Assembly: GCA_051362555.1 (NCBI GenBank)
Contig: CM120641.1
Span: 38,384,401-38,448,400, forward strand
DNA length: 64,000 nucleotides
Direction: 5' to 3'
From: Lingula anatina
Lineage: Eukaryota > Animalia > Brachiopoda
Part shown: positions 1-14,248 of the stretch, piece by piece
How the letters are laid out: each line of letters begins with the position of its first letter
Numbering within the stretch: position 1 is the stretch's first letter
Position numbers and translations under genes: made by a program
The notes under the pieces: generated by a model
The model's input: only the letters and a program-made list of their open reading frames with translations
Database searches by the model: none
What the model was told of the DNA's origin: nothing

Positions 1-820
1 GAGTCATAAGTATGTGAACTGTCTTAAGGCTAGATAGAAAACTGAGCTTAATCTCTGCCTGTTGATTCAGAAGGTGACCTTGTTCCCAGGTTCAAAGAAT
101 CCCATTATTATTACAATTTGGTGAGGACAATAGGAAAGAATGTCTCTCTGACCCTTAGGTTACATGAAACAGAACTGTGCGGGGTTTTTAATCTTTTTCA
201 TATTTTGTCCAATATTTAGGATTCAAGCATGGAAGTCAAGAAGATGAAAAATTTGCAAAACAAGTGAATAAGATTTGATAGAGAAAGTGGATTCCTAATG
301 ATAATTGGTGAGTGGTATTTTCATATGTTGATTATGATATTTTTTTAATGACCTTTGTAATGTATTATTTAAAATTAACAGAAAAATTGTAGCCCTTAGT
401 GGAAGGGATGGCAATGCATTTTTTATGCTTTGGATTTTAATATTTACTTTTTGTTAAATATGTTTATTACAGCTGTTGTGAAAAATGAAATAAATAAAAG
501 ATAAATTTGTTGTGCATCCAGTGAGATTTACAAAAGTAATATCAATTTGTTAGAAGTATTTAATAATTAAAGAAATATGAGTACAAACATATATTTAATA
601 ACAGGCGTTCCAAACAAAACTTTAAAAAACATATACTTTAGAAATACGAGACATCATAAAAATTGAATTAATACCTAATGAATGTTTTAATGGAAAGAAA
701 ATAGTAATTGGAAAATTTCAGAAAAGGGAAGTGTGGTACCAAAAATATATATATATGTCCATTCTAAGTAATGGTATCCCCTCATATTGAAAACCAGTAA
801 AATTCTCATGATAGCTTTGA

Positions 821-823
<3 letters not shown>

Positions 824-879
<56 letters not shown>
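824..879. repeat. (AT)28 microsatellite
   Basis: Direct reading; source of the YIYIYI ORF. Confidence 0.95.
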
Positions 880-882
<3 letters not shown>

Positions 883-2313
883 TCAGTATCACAACATTGC
901 AAGATCATTTTTGTGTTTGAATAATTTGATCTATCTGAAAGGTTGCCCCATAGCAGGTTAATTCAAGTTTATCCAGGCATAGTTCACCAATATAATCCCT
1001 GAGCACATAAGTTGGAAGTGGTCATGGCTAAATATAATGGACTTCCAAAGATTTCCTAGAGTACTGTTAACATGGTACCCACACATTCAGTGTAATCCTG
1101 GTAAAAATGGTACAATTTTTTAGGTTACATATGTTGTCTCCTTCATAGGACACCTCCTCGCCTTCCCCACCCACCACACATCTTATCAATAGTACACCAA
1201 TCTATAACTACAAAATACACAGTGTATTGCTCACGTTCATCAAGTTACTTTAAGTCAGGAGTGCGGTCACTGTAAAGATTATCCTTAAGTGTGTTTGTTT
1301 CCATCACTGTAAAAAAAATGACTTTGTGGTTGACCAAATATTGTAGTTATTGTAGCAATTAAAGGTCACTAACATTACGTACTAAAAAACCTGGGTAAGT
1401 ATTCACTTAAGTTGAGGGGGAGTGTTATTGATGAAGAAATGACAATAAGAGTGTAAAAAAGTAAAACAGTCTGATAGCATATCAAATCACCCACTTGGAT
1501 TTTTTTCTGTACTGAACATACTTAACAGTTAAAATATAATTTCATTCATACTTATTTAATTTCACTCATACATATTGAAATTATAATGACATTAGGAATG
1601 ATGTTGAATATTCATGACCTTATCTGAAAGACACTTAACAGTTGATAAATGTTGATGTATGTATGGCTAAATATTGCCCAATTCCACAGAGCAGAAACTC
1701 ATAGCTTGATGTCAATAGCATTTTTTATTAATTCTACTTCTAGGTGTTGATTTAATCATTACTTTGCTTGCTTTCCTCATCACTAATGGGAAGTTATTTT
1801 GGTTTATTTTTTTCTCCTTCAAACACATGATATTCAGTCTGATAATCATGTTAAGGAAATTTAACTTTCAATTTTGTAGACAAACTTTTTGAAAACGTTA
1901 CTTCCATCAGAATGTAATATTGATAAGTATTAAGTTGATAAGTAAATTAATTATTCTTCACACATCTCTCTAAGCCCTTCAGAAACTAAATAAGTTCAGA
2001 AATGGTCATGAACTAATATTCTTATATTGGCGCTTGGTTTAACCAGTGATCTCCTGTCAGGAAAGGGTCATCTCTTTATTGCCTAAATTTCCAATGGACA
2101 GAAAATGTAAGTCCTCTTTTCATACAGAAATCTATCCTTAATATGTGGTCCTCATTTCACACACGTATCTGTCCCTAATTTGTGGTTAGAAAAGTCCTAT
2201 TATACACACCTTTGTGGTCACAAAGAAGGTGTAAAACCTTTCAGTATTTGACCACAAACTTTGCCACAAATACTGACTTCATGTATAGAGTGTCTGTCTG
2301 TTAACCACTGAGG

Positions 2314-2740
2314 CTGGTCTGGTTTTACAAAAGAGCTAAAGCCCGAAACGCAGACTAAACTTTTAAAACCAAAATTTTGCTCAACTTAGGATAAAGATAA
2401 ATCCATAACAGCTTATTTGAATAAAGTGAATATTGGTCTGAAACCAGAAGTGGATTGAAGCCATCTTCTGGAAGACAGTCAGAATTTTTCCAATTTACAT
2501 TGATGAAGATCTAATTTTTGTCAGAAGACGGTCAAAAATTGAGGATGGATAAAAAAAGACAGTTGGGAAGACTGTTAGATAGAAAATATCTCTGGTTCCG
2601 CCCCTGGAAACATTAAGCATATATTTCCTATAATAAAAGAAAAACAATATTCCATTTAATTGGGTGACTACTGAACCTTCTTGGGTCAAAGCAGGCCCAA
2701 ATTTTGCTTTAAAATTCTAGACCAGTTTTCAGGCTATAGC
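2314..2740 (+). mobile_element. Possible decayed MITE/DNA-transposon remnant; related fragment on the minus strand at ~13870-13990
   Basis: ctggtctggttttacaaaa...agactaaactt and aaattctagaccagtttt resemble the reverse complement of 13870-13990 (ctgggcctgtttcacaaaa...agtctaaactt...aaatttagaccagttt). Family not determined. Confidence 0.35.
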
Positions 2741-5700
2741 TGGTCACAAAAATAACATGAAAGCCTCAATATCTGCTTATTTACATGACTGTACATAATA
2801 CATTTCTCCATTCCTCAGAAATGTTAATTCAGACTATCCATTTAAAACCCATCATCCAATCTCAGTCCTACATGCTTGGCCAGCCTCCTGGAAAAAAAGG
2901 AGTCCTACTTCCTTTTTTAAAAAGTGGTATATTTATATAATCATTTTCAAGCTATTTTTGCTCAATGTTTTTATTTTATTTGCAAATAAGTAAACATGAC
3001 CTTGCATGTTACATAAGATTATTGATAACTAATCAATATCTATTCCAATGCACCCAGCACTTACTAGAATTTTTGTCAAAACTGTCTCTAGTTGTTACAT
3101 ATTCACCGTCTGGGGTAATGCTAGCAATATTTTTTGCTTAGCCAAGACACTATTTTTTCATCACTTCTTTTTTCCAAATGCCTTAAATTTGTCTAAAACA
3201 ACTAAAACAAGTCAAATCAACCCTATTTTGTTAAGTCAATTATGTTGGTTGTAGCATTTGGCTAAGCTAGCGAGTGTCAGCACTAACTCCCCCCCCCCCC
3301 CTCCTTGAAATTTGTTTTTTTTTGTGTGGGGGGGGGTCTCAACAGCCTAAGGAAGACGACAGGAGACAAAAAGCTCAAAATAGGAAAATTGTCTTTCTTG
3401 ATTACTATTATATGAGTGTCAAAATTTTTAAATTTTAAAATTAAACAGTGTCAAAAGTGAGATTTGAAGAGAGAGAGAGAGATTATGATGCTTGTAGAAG
3501 AAATATTTGGAAAATGTTTGGATGCAGATTTTTGAATGAGTAAACAAGTTGAAATTGGGCATAAATTGAAAAGTGATAAGCATCAATATGTTCAAAAACG
3601 TTCTATGAGTATTCCGACCTCCTGTGCTTTTTAAGGTGTACTTTACTCTGCTGCTGTGATGTGTTGGATAAATGTCTGTATTCTTGACCAGTGGCCCTTT
3701 TCGTTGTTACCGATACTGTGACACTGAAATGGTGACATGAGCAATGTACCGTGGGACAGAATACCAGTCTGACAACATTTTTGATGATCTAGGGAGATCT
3801 AGTTGCCAATTGAAAATGGTTCTCCCAGGTATTTTGAATGAGAAAAATTGCTTCACACTGTGGAAAGAGGAGATAATGCTAGCTTGAATATTCTCTTGTG
3901 GATTGACAGAACACAAGTAACAAGCAGGTTTTACCACATTTTTGTGTATAAAGATATACTTTTGCATAAATCTCTGTGGAATATTGAGAAGTAAATATTA
4001 CATTAATGTTCCAATTTAACTTTCGATTGGCTTTGATTAATTACAATGGTTTTAAGGAATTTGGAAATAGAGCAAAATAACTGTCATTGGAGGGAAATAA
4101 TTATCAAATGGTTGATTTGAATAATGTCTGATTATGAAAGGTATTTGGATTTGCCATTTTATTCAAATATTCAATTTACATCAAGTATAACAATTCCTGC
4201 AAGATAAAGAAAATTTTGAGCAAAACTTTTGACAACAACATAAGATTTAATCAAATATATATATATATTTTTTTTTTGGGTATAGAAAGTCATTTCTATT
4301 CACAGTAGTCTGAACATCATAATTCCAACAAATTCACGTAATAAAGTTGAAAGTTATAGAATACCCCACTAAATAACACAGACTGGAATACAGAAAAGAA
4401 TAGTAAAGGTCCTCACAGTCAGTATTATATTTATTGAGTTTTTCCAGAATAATTTGAAGAAAAGTAATTTGATTTCCATCATTTGAAGCAGATTGTTGCA
4501 GAGGGTGTGATTATCAGTGATGGTTTGCATAAGAAGGACACTATCAGCATATTTAAATCTTTAGATTAAATCCTGCAAGAATGACATACAGAAATGATAC
4601 TAATGCACTTAAAGACATAGACAGAGAGGCTTACTTATGTCCCATAATATGTTTAGGTCAAGTTTTTTTTCTGTTCTTTCTTTTCATTTATACCAATAAT
4701 GAAAACATACTTCATGCAGGAAGCTGCTGTCAAAACTAAACTGCCATTTCCTCATGACTTTATGCAAAGAATTTGTATTTGCTTACAAATGTTCATATCT
4801 TTCAAAAGAAAAATATATGGTAATGACAGAGGTATTTTATTATCATAAAATAACTGAAAATGTTAAGAAGTGAATTGTTTTATTTGTACAGTTAAAGTGA
4901 GATGGTAATTAGAATTTCAAACACGGTCAAAATAATTGTGTCAGAGAAGCACTGTCCGCCAACAATGTGCAGATAAATTACTGTACAGCTTTTTTAACTG
5001 AGATGGAAATTTAAATTAGCACTCCCCACATGTGAATATTACCTTATTAATACATTATAAAATTAACCTGGTATTCATGTCTTTACTAAAAAAATTGAAA
5101 TGGAATTCTCTCATTTATTTTAAATATACCATACAGTTAAACTAAATGATTAATGTTTTAATAAGATTAATATCTTGAAATAAACAAGTTTCAAGATTTT
5201 TTGACAGCTATGTGAGCCGACGGACCTGACTGAGATAATTAGCAGATTTAAAAATACATAGATTTCATAAAATTTTATTATGGTAGAATTTTTACAGTTA
5301 GATACCTTTTTTCAGGGTGAATAAGTAGGTATTGATTTTGAAAGAAAATCCATTGTCGATGTTCTGTTTTTATTTCCTTCATTTATTTTATTAAACATTT
5401 TATTGAAAATAAATTGGAGTAAAGTAGAACAGTTATTAAAGGGAATCTTTGCAAGAGTTATGTGGCAGAAATGATTTAGTTTTGGAAATGTGATTGTATT
5501 AAAGTGATTTAAATAAAAGAGAAAAAAGCTTATTTTCATTGAGGTCAGGAGAAGCAATAAATGATCACTTTGAAATGAACTGGTATGTCAAATTAGTTTT
5601 ATCACTGCCCTTCTTCTTTTTCAAAAAAAACCCCAAAAAATAATAAATTAATTAACAAAAATAAAGGGAAAAATAAAGGAAGAGAAACAAAAGGAAAGAG

Positions 5701-8700
5701 AAAAAAATCTAATACATATATGAGCAATTTTTCTGTTCTCTTTCAAGGATGAAAAAGATGATCTTGAGGAACCAGGGGCAGTTTCCTGTTCTTCTCCCCA
5801 GCAGAAAAAGGGACCATTTCAAAGGAATGTTGGTATGTGCACTGACCCTTGCCCAGGCTTCCTGTCCATTAAATGACCTCTATACCAAAATGACCTATGG
5901 AGGGGGCAGGGCAGGGCTTTGTGGAGAGAAAAAACTTTATAGTTAGCAAAGGTAAACTTGCTGCAGTGTTTCTCCAATTTTGCGATTTTTGGCTAGTCTG
6001 CCCAAGACTGATTTACCTGTAGCTGTCAACAGCAAACTTGGCAGGATGACAAACTGAGAGTTAAAACTCTGTGTTGTGTAAAGGTTTTTTATGTTAATTA
6101 GGTGTCATTCAATATATATTGTACAGCAAATGCACCCCGCATATCTTCATGTGGCATAGAGCAAAAGAAATGTGCATTTTACGCCCTCGGATACCTGGTT
6201 ATATGGGTGGGTTTGGGGTTTAAATATAACAGTTTTCATCAATCATTTCTTGTCCATTGAGGTCATTTTCAATACTTCACTGGGCAAAGTATAATACATG
6301 GGAACATCTAGGTGTTAAAACAAGTTTTGAGCCGGAAATACCACCATTGAAATTTTGTAGCCTGTGAAGTTAACCCCTGTATTTTCTTGTGCATGATATA
6401 GAACAAGTTGAACAGTTCAGAAAAGAAAAATAATGATAAGACCCAGATAATCGGATAAAAGAATACTGTAGAAAAATGCAAAAGATAACCATTCTAAATG
6501 TTGTCCTTTTGATATATTTTCCTTTTTTAATAAAATCAATTTTTGTAATGCTTTGTTAAGTGATAAGTTTACGGATAATACAAAAAGAAGGATTATTGAA
6601 ATGTTGACAGGTCATCTGGATGATATTGATGATACATGTTTTTGTGTAAAAATTCACTGCAAGCACAGAGGGTGTCTGATAAATATTTTATCTGCAAGTA
6701 TTATATCTCCAAATCCAGAAAAGAAATTATCCTGCTCTATTTGATGCAGCTTCCATTTGAAAATTATGACAAGTAATGTCTTATGAAAGTTTTGTGGTCC
6801 TTTTCATGTCATGCTTCTGTCATTGCTTATAGCATCTCTGTTGCTGTAATTATTGGTGATTGTGTTGCAACAGAATTGACAAAAATTAATTTTATGCATT
6901 TTCCTCATTAAATTGGTTGTTCTTTTTTAGATTCTTTTGATTATAGTGCTTTTGTCTGTCATTTCTATATTTCTCCATTTGATCGCTTGGCACTTTTTCA
7001 CCTAGGCAACTTACGTAATACTTTGATTGATGTTTTCAGAAAACTTTCGACACACTTGTAGGTTATGGTGAGGGCTGTCGAGGTGACTCTTACGTAATAG
7101 CCTGCTATTAAGTTGTCAAAGCCTCAAAATGTTGCATTACAGATAATTTATTTCATGATGTAATTAGGAACTTAATATTAATCAGTTAGAGAAACTGTAT
7201 ATATATATATATTTTTTTTACAGAAAAGTAGATGTACATATAAGTAAGAGAGTGGATAATGTAAAAACTATTGAACAATTGACCAAGAGAGATTAAGTCT
7301 TTGTCCTAGTACGTATACCATACAGTGTCAGTCAACACTACTTTTTTTATATACTCAATACCAACATTTTTAGCATAGGTAATGTTCTTTTGATTGGGGG
7401 GGGAGCCTGCTTTGTTGATACTTGTGCCAAGTTTAGGTCACTAAAATAATATGTAGAACATAGTGGAGTGGATGCTAATAAATGTACACAATGTGGGTTG
7501 AACCACCAAAGTTTGTGTTCTCTACATAATATGTCAGGATACATGCCTTTAAAGGTTTCGGTTTATGTCCCAGTACATATCAGTAACAGTTCTGACCATG
7601 GATTTCATATTGAAGCTAATACTTTATGAACCTCTTGATCAGAATCATATTATGTGTGCATGAATTCACAGGAGTCTCTGAGGATAGTTTGCTGTAATAA
7701 TTTGGCTCCTTAAAAAAATGACATTTTAATGACATTTGTACTTTGATTATCACTAAAAAATATGAATTATAAATACTGACAGCTGAATATATACCGGTAT
7801 ATGTAAATATTATTCATGTGTGGTAATTCTGTTCCAAGTTTTATGGATATATTTACAATTTCAGCAAAGTTTTGTAATTTTTTGCATTGCTTTTAGATAA
7901 TGTGATTTAACATTTTAAAATAGAAATCCCCCCCTCCCCCCCCCCCCCCCCCCCAAAAAAAAAAGGAAGTATGACCTAGTTATATATTTAACTTTTGTTA
8001 GCAGTCATTTGTAAAAAAAAAGTTGTCTACATATCCTTGCTATATCAGTCCAGGGAAAATGTTAAAGTTTGATGAAGTACCAGAAATATCAGGAAAAAAA
8101 TTTACAGAAAAAAGAAGGAACGTGTGTGTTTAAGGATTGCGACTCAAAGTAGCATGAGTGATCAGTGTGCTGTTCAGTTTTGGTTTAGACGAGTAAAATA
8201 CACGGTTTTCACATTATCACTTGAGGTGTATTTTAATGGTCTGGTACTGTAATCTAAAAACGGTTGGACCTCCTCATGTGGTTCTTACACTTGCCCCAGA
8301 TATAGTGAAGCCAGGGTTTGAAAAGGTTTCCTTTTACATGTAAATTTTTAGATAAATTTTATCATACAGCACATATTATAATGTTTTTATTTTTGGTCTG
8401 CTAAATAATGCCTAATGTATACGTAGTATAAATTGGGAACAGAAATTGGAAAGCATTTATTTAAATACAAGAAGGTATTAGGTATCTTCAAATGTCTGTG
8501 CTTGTGTTTGGTTAATTTGCTCACAAACTATCAAACATATTTAACTTCTTTTATGCCATCAACAAACCAATAAACGGGTAAAGTTGAAGACTCGAATAAA
8601 TTTGATGCTTATGGTTACCTGCATAGAGCTTTAGATGTTTTACACAAATTATTTGAAATGTTTATCTCTCACTTAGTGTTACTATGTGAAGCATTATTTT

Positions 8701-8705
8701 GCTTT

Positions 8706-8708
8706 TTT

Positions 8709-8753
<45 letters not shown>

Positions 8754-8795
8754 TTCTTCTTGTTATTTATTTTATTTATTTATTTATTTATTATT
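8706..8795. repeat. Compound (TTTC)n/(TTC)n/(TTTA)n microsatellite
   Basis: Direct reading. Confidence 0.9.
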
Positions 8796-11557
8796 CTTAT
8801 TATTTTGAAAACAAAATTTATTCTTTCTGGAACCTTTTTTTTCCATTATTTTAGACTGGGTTTAGTTTACACTCACATTAACCAAAACTATTGGACTAAA
8901 TCAGGTCAGCTGTCATAATTGTCTTCAACCTTTTGCCCACTCAAGGTTGTTATGAACAACTAGTTTTTGACTGAATACATATATCACATGTTATCATTTG
9001 GAATGATGCTGTTTAATCACCACCACCATTACAGTACAAACTGATGGTTCTGCAGCCAACACACATTCACTCTGCCACAATGTAATGTAAATGTGACCTC
9101 TGGGGCACCTTGTAAGTCAAAGGAACACCAATGAATATGAACAAGAAACTATGAACCCTATGGAAGGAAGCACATGACTTTCTGAACCCCACGCGAACTG
9201 CACACCACACTCATTGGGCATGCAGCTCTGACTCATGATGATTGTACAAATCCAACCTGTTGCTGAAATATGTGATACTGCAAAGAGCAAATAAAATAAG
9301 TGCTGGTGCTTGTGTTTCTGTTTAGTTGTGAGAAACAAAGTTTGATATAGTTTTATTGTGATAGTACATTATAATGACGTAGAGATGCGAGTTATAGTTT
9401 AAAATGTTTTAAATTCCACTTTATAAATACTGTACCTTGCACTATACTATACTAATATAATTTTATACCGTTATTATTGAATACATTCACAAATGGTGCA
9501 GTCACAGAAACCATGTTCTGTATATGATATGAGTACAGTTGTTTACACATTTATCTCCTTTGAGTGAAGAGAAGAGTCTGAAACTTACAGAAACAAAATT
9601 TGGGATGAGCATGTAAATATAGCTGATTAACTCTGGAAGGGCATGTCACTTTTTTTCGGTTACTGGGAATACCTGGAATACCGGGACCATCCTAAATTTT
9701 GTATTTATCAACTCCTGTCTTGTGAGTGTTCAACACACACACACAAACACACACGCACACACATATAAATAGTCTGCAGGAGTTTTGTTGAAAAACTAGG
9801 TCCTATCTTCACCAGTAGCAGTATGTCCTAAATGCTTTTACTCATTCTAGTAGATTCTTGCAGAGCAGTCAGTTGAAAAAGGTGTATATGGAATTTGGGG
9901 TAAGTGAATGGTTAACAGCATACTGTTCATATAACACTTAAAATTATGTAAATTTTCGTGATCTTTCCATGGCTACAGGTTATAATATGTCTTAAAATTT
10001 TTATCGAAACCTTATGGGAAACTATAGTTCATATTGGTTCATTTCCGTGGAATCTTGGATAAAGGACATCAATGATATCTACTATCTTGTTTGTATTAAT
10101 TCTTCATTTGAAGAAGTTTCACTTTTCTATGTATTTGGCAATTTTTGGAAATTTTTAGATATATTTTATTGTTTATTTTCACTTTTGGTGATTAATAGGA
10201 TAAATTTAGGGAAAAGAATTGATTTCTAGTTTAGTGCCTTGTTGATATCTGCCAAACCTTTATTAAACCATTGTACATTGAAGAATGTTACAAGAATGGG
10301 AAAATCAAGCAATTTTGCTATGCAATAACACAATTTTGATTCAATGTGTAATTTTTGGAATGTAGGGTAAAACAAACCTGTTTGCAGCAAAACAATTGTT
10401 CATGCACACTCTTGAAAATTTTGATTGACTGTTGTGTGCTGGCTGTGAGAAGGTTATTTCTATAAACTGAAGAAGTTAGAATAGCATCCAGTTGTGAGTT
10501 ACTTGGCCTGTTCGGTGCTTTTACCCCAGTTAAGAGGGCACGATAAGGCCCATCTATTTAGTGAAATAGAAAATAGAATTGGAACACTTTCATGATTGAC
10601 TAGGTGAATGATACTCTTAACTTTTGCCAATCTGTTGGCTGCTTTTACAGCCTCTTTTTGTGCGAAATTTTAAAGCAGGATTCAAAAAGAAGTATCATTA
10701 ATTATTGGCTTCTTGCCTTGATACTATCCATCATCATTACCTCTGTTAATACTAAACACCTCAGTCCAGAAAATCACATATGGGTGGCATTTCCTCAAGG
10801 TAAAATGTTGAGTTTTTTTTTCTATTGAAACTATTTTATAATTCAAATTACATTAAATTAAATTAAAACAATTTCATCAGGATTGTCAAAAAAAAAAATA
10901 ATAATAAAATAAAGGAGACATTATATATCTTTCTTGACTGATCTGTTCTGATAGGAAATGGACACACATTTTATGGGGTTACGTGTGCCATGTTCTAAGA
11001 AAGGTACACAATGAAACGCGAGAGTAGATGTGCAGCCATGTCTGCTGTTGCCAGCAAAAGGCAGCTGCATTTTCTGGGAGCCCTTGTACATATTTATAGT
11101 GGCAGAATTTGTACGGGCTCATAGTTTAGGCAGAAGCAACATTGCGGCAAGGTTAAGTGAAGTATGAGGACATGTTTGTCAAAATGGTGGCATTTGTTAT
11201 TAGTTTGGTTGTAAAGATTTTACATCTACGCTTTTTTGACTTCTCTTTTGGAAGAAAGATTGGGTATTTTATTTTAAATGATTTTTGCTACTACCAAAAT
11301 GTATGTATGTATGTTACAAAAATTTCCTAGAATTGGATATATTTTTTCTCCACACTTAAGTACCTGCAATTTGTCCAGGGTAAAAATGTGTTATATGTAG
11401 AAAATTTGAGCTTGGCATCCAACTAGTATTAAAAAGTTGTTGGGTCTCAGGATTTGCAAATTTCATTTTGGCATTGATATATGGAGTTGTCCACAATTTT
11501 TTTCTGTGCATCTCTTTGGAATTTTTGTGTGTATTTTACCATGTGATTAATACTTTG

Positions 11558-11619
11558 ATTGATAATATAGAAGGTTTATATGAGCTCAATTGATAATATA
11601 GAAGGTTTATATGAGCTCA
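11558..11619. repeat. Perfect 31-bp tandem duplication attgataatatagaaggtttatatgagctca x2
   Basis: Copies at 11558-11588 and 11589-11619; followed by a near-duplicate gatc(t/c)aatggttat at 11620 and 11640. Confidence 0.9.
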
Positions 11620-14098
11620 GATCTAATGGTTATAGTTGAGATCCAATGGTTATCAAAGCTAAGTATGAATTGATCAAATGCAACAAAGTATTGGTTAGGA
11701 CGGCCTAAAAACTAGCTATATGATGTTTAGATTTGAATGTTTTCCATCTCATGAAGCATACTACTTTCAAAGAGCAATTTCATGTCGCAACATTTCACAC
11801 GTTTAATTACAAAGAAGTTTACAGATGCACTTCATTACTTGATGAGTTAAAGATCACTTCATGTTGTGGCTATATTTACTTATGCCATTTTGAGTAAAGA
11901 AGTAGAATACCCTGGGGTTTATGGCTAAAGAAAATCTTGTCTAAGGTTCAGTAACTGTAGTTGTCTTAACTTAATATGCCTCCTAGAAATACTTACATCT
12001 CTCAAGTCAATATCAGTCCCTTGTTACATCATTGCAGAATATCTATTGATTCTCTGTTGCCTCAGCAGCATTCCAAAGCACTTTTTAAACTGCTGTGTAA
12101 ACTAGTAAGAGCTCCCAATCGTGTGGAAGCTCATGGTGCTAGATAAATACAAATTATGTACAGAAAAGATCAAACAGAAGAAGAATAACAAGCACATATT
12201 AATTTCAGAATTAAGATTCTCATTATTTTGCCATAATCAAAATTTGAGGAAACTCCCTAGTTGTTCAATTACCACTGGAATTGTTGCTTGTGATCAGGTT
12301 ATTTCTTGGCATATATTGATATTTAATTTAATATTAATAAATATTAATGTTTATTAATATTTAATCTTAATTTTGGGTCAAAATGATACCACTTTAGCTG
12401 TGTAATTATACATGTAGTTGTATATAGAGATCTGGATAGGGGACATGGAGAAATCCGACCCGACCTGACCCTCACCTTTATCTCCCCAGGATAAATTGAC
12501 ATTAAGTGGATAAAAAAAAATACATGCCATCTAACAGGTGTTGGTTTTTGCTTTTTGATGATATGATGTCATTGTTTCCTTGAATCACTTCTGTTTTTTC
12601 TCTTCAATTTTCCAGACCTGAAAGCCATGCGGAGGATTTATGGTTTTCATGGCCTCAAATTTTCAATTAGTCTGCTCCCATATTAACGCCAAAAAATAAG
12701 GTGTTGTACATATGGTAAAGCAAGACCACCTCTCTCTCTCAGACTCCAAGAAATCCTTCATTTGAAAAGACTAGGACTAGTGGTACAGCTTACATTTCAT
12801 TTGACATGTTGCATCCATTGTCTTATTGGACTTGTAAATTTGTTAATGGAGCCGAGGAGATAATTAATTACATGCCTTGCGTTGAATTGACACAGTTGAG
12901 AGATGGAAAAAGAGACATTGCAGGGACTTTTTTCATGTAAAACTCATTGATCATCCAGTGTGGGATGAACATCCTGCTTTGGTATAAATTGATTGCCTTT
13001 GTGTAATTATTATTAGAACGTGAAGGGATAGATTGTGTATGTGGGGAAAATAAAAGGAAGTCTGCCTACAAAACACTTGTACGTGGGCTGTTCACTGAAG
13101 TTCATGGTGGGCAGTCATCATGGTCTGTGGTTGGAGTTTTCATGTACTCTTGTAAAGGGTCTGAAATGAATGCATATCTGCAGTTAATTTTATCTAGATT
13201 TTTTAACCAAAGATGGTTTTCTTTATATTAACATTTTAATTTTAATAATCGATTACTTTATTTTCCTTAAATGCATAAAACTCAGGAGTATATGTAAAAA
13301 ATCTTGAGAGTTCTTTACATGTTTCATTAACCTAATCATGGCACATGAGGCATCTATTTTGGCTGAAGTCCAATTTATGCAACTTGTTTTAGACGGAAAG
13401 ATGATCAGCCATTCATATTATGTCAGTTTTTCTCCTGATGGTGAGCATTTTCTCATTGCTGCTGACTTCTCAACCCATTAATCCCATATATGTACAGCCA
13501 GTTTTATTATTTTGGGTCTAAGTAAAATATTTATGATGTTCAAGTTAATTATTCATGACTATTTATTAATGTGTACAAGAAGTATGTATAAGAATGCGTG
13601 TGTGTACGTGTGTTTATGTATATATATGTATGTGTGTGCATGTGTGTGTGCTTTTGTCACAAAAGTTAAGATTTTATGCCATTGTCATATTTCATTTTTT
13701 TTCTGCCTGTATACATTTCTTGAAAATAAGGACGAATGTGACATATAATTTGAAATGTTTTCAAACAGATTTAACCATCTTTTAGAAGTCTTAAAAAACA
13801 CTCCTTTCGTGCGTAAGTACGATAGACATAAGATAGAATTGTTTGTCCATGGACATGCTAAACAAAAAACTTAAGCTGCTAAACTGGTCTAAATTTTTAG
13901 GCCAAGATTTAAGTCTACTTTCGCTTGGGGTAAATCTGGAAGTTTAGACTAAATTTTCAGGTTTACATTCTTTTTGTGAAACAGGCCCAGATGTCTTATT
14001 AGCCTTGTCATACTTGAGGCTTGTCAGTGAAGTCGGCTAAGCTTGGATGTGGTCAGCTTGTGGTTTTTCAATGAAATTACAATTATATCATGTGAGCG

Positions 14099-14248
14099 TT
14101 ACAAGTCACAGCACTTAAATGAATATATTGGCAATAGATTCCTTTATCTGATTACCTATGAAACAAATGTACTTGATTAGGATACAATTAATGCATTCTT
14201 TTTTTAGGAGGTTTTTCTTACATAATAATTGTCAATTCTTTTTCTGTC
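14099..14248 (+). repeat. ~150-bp direct repeat, copy 1 (copy 2 at ~16512-16668)
   Basis: ttacaagtcacagcacttaaatgaatatattggcaatagattcc is identical in both copies, followed by a more diverged but alignable stretch. Confidence 0.85.

Noticed and set aside
1305-2292. CACTG-terminated (CMC/EnSpm-like) element with weakly similar ends
   Set aside because: The right end is too degenerate and no target-site duplication is visible.
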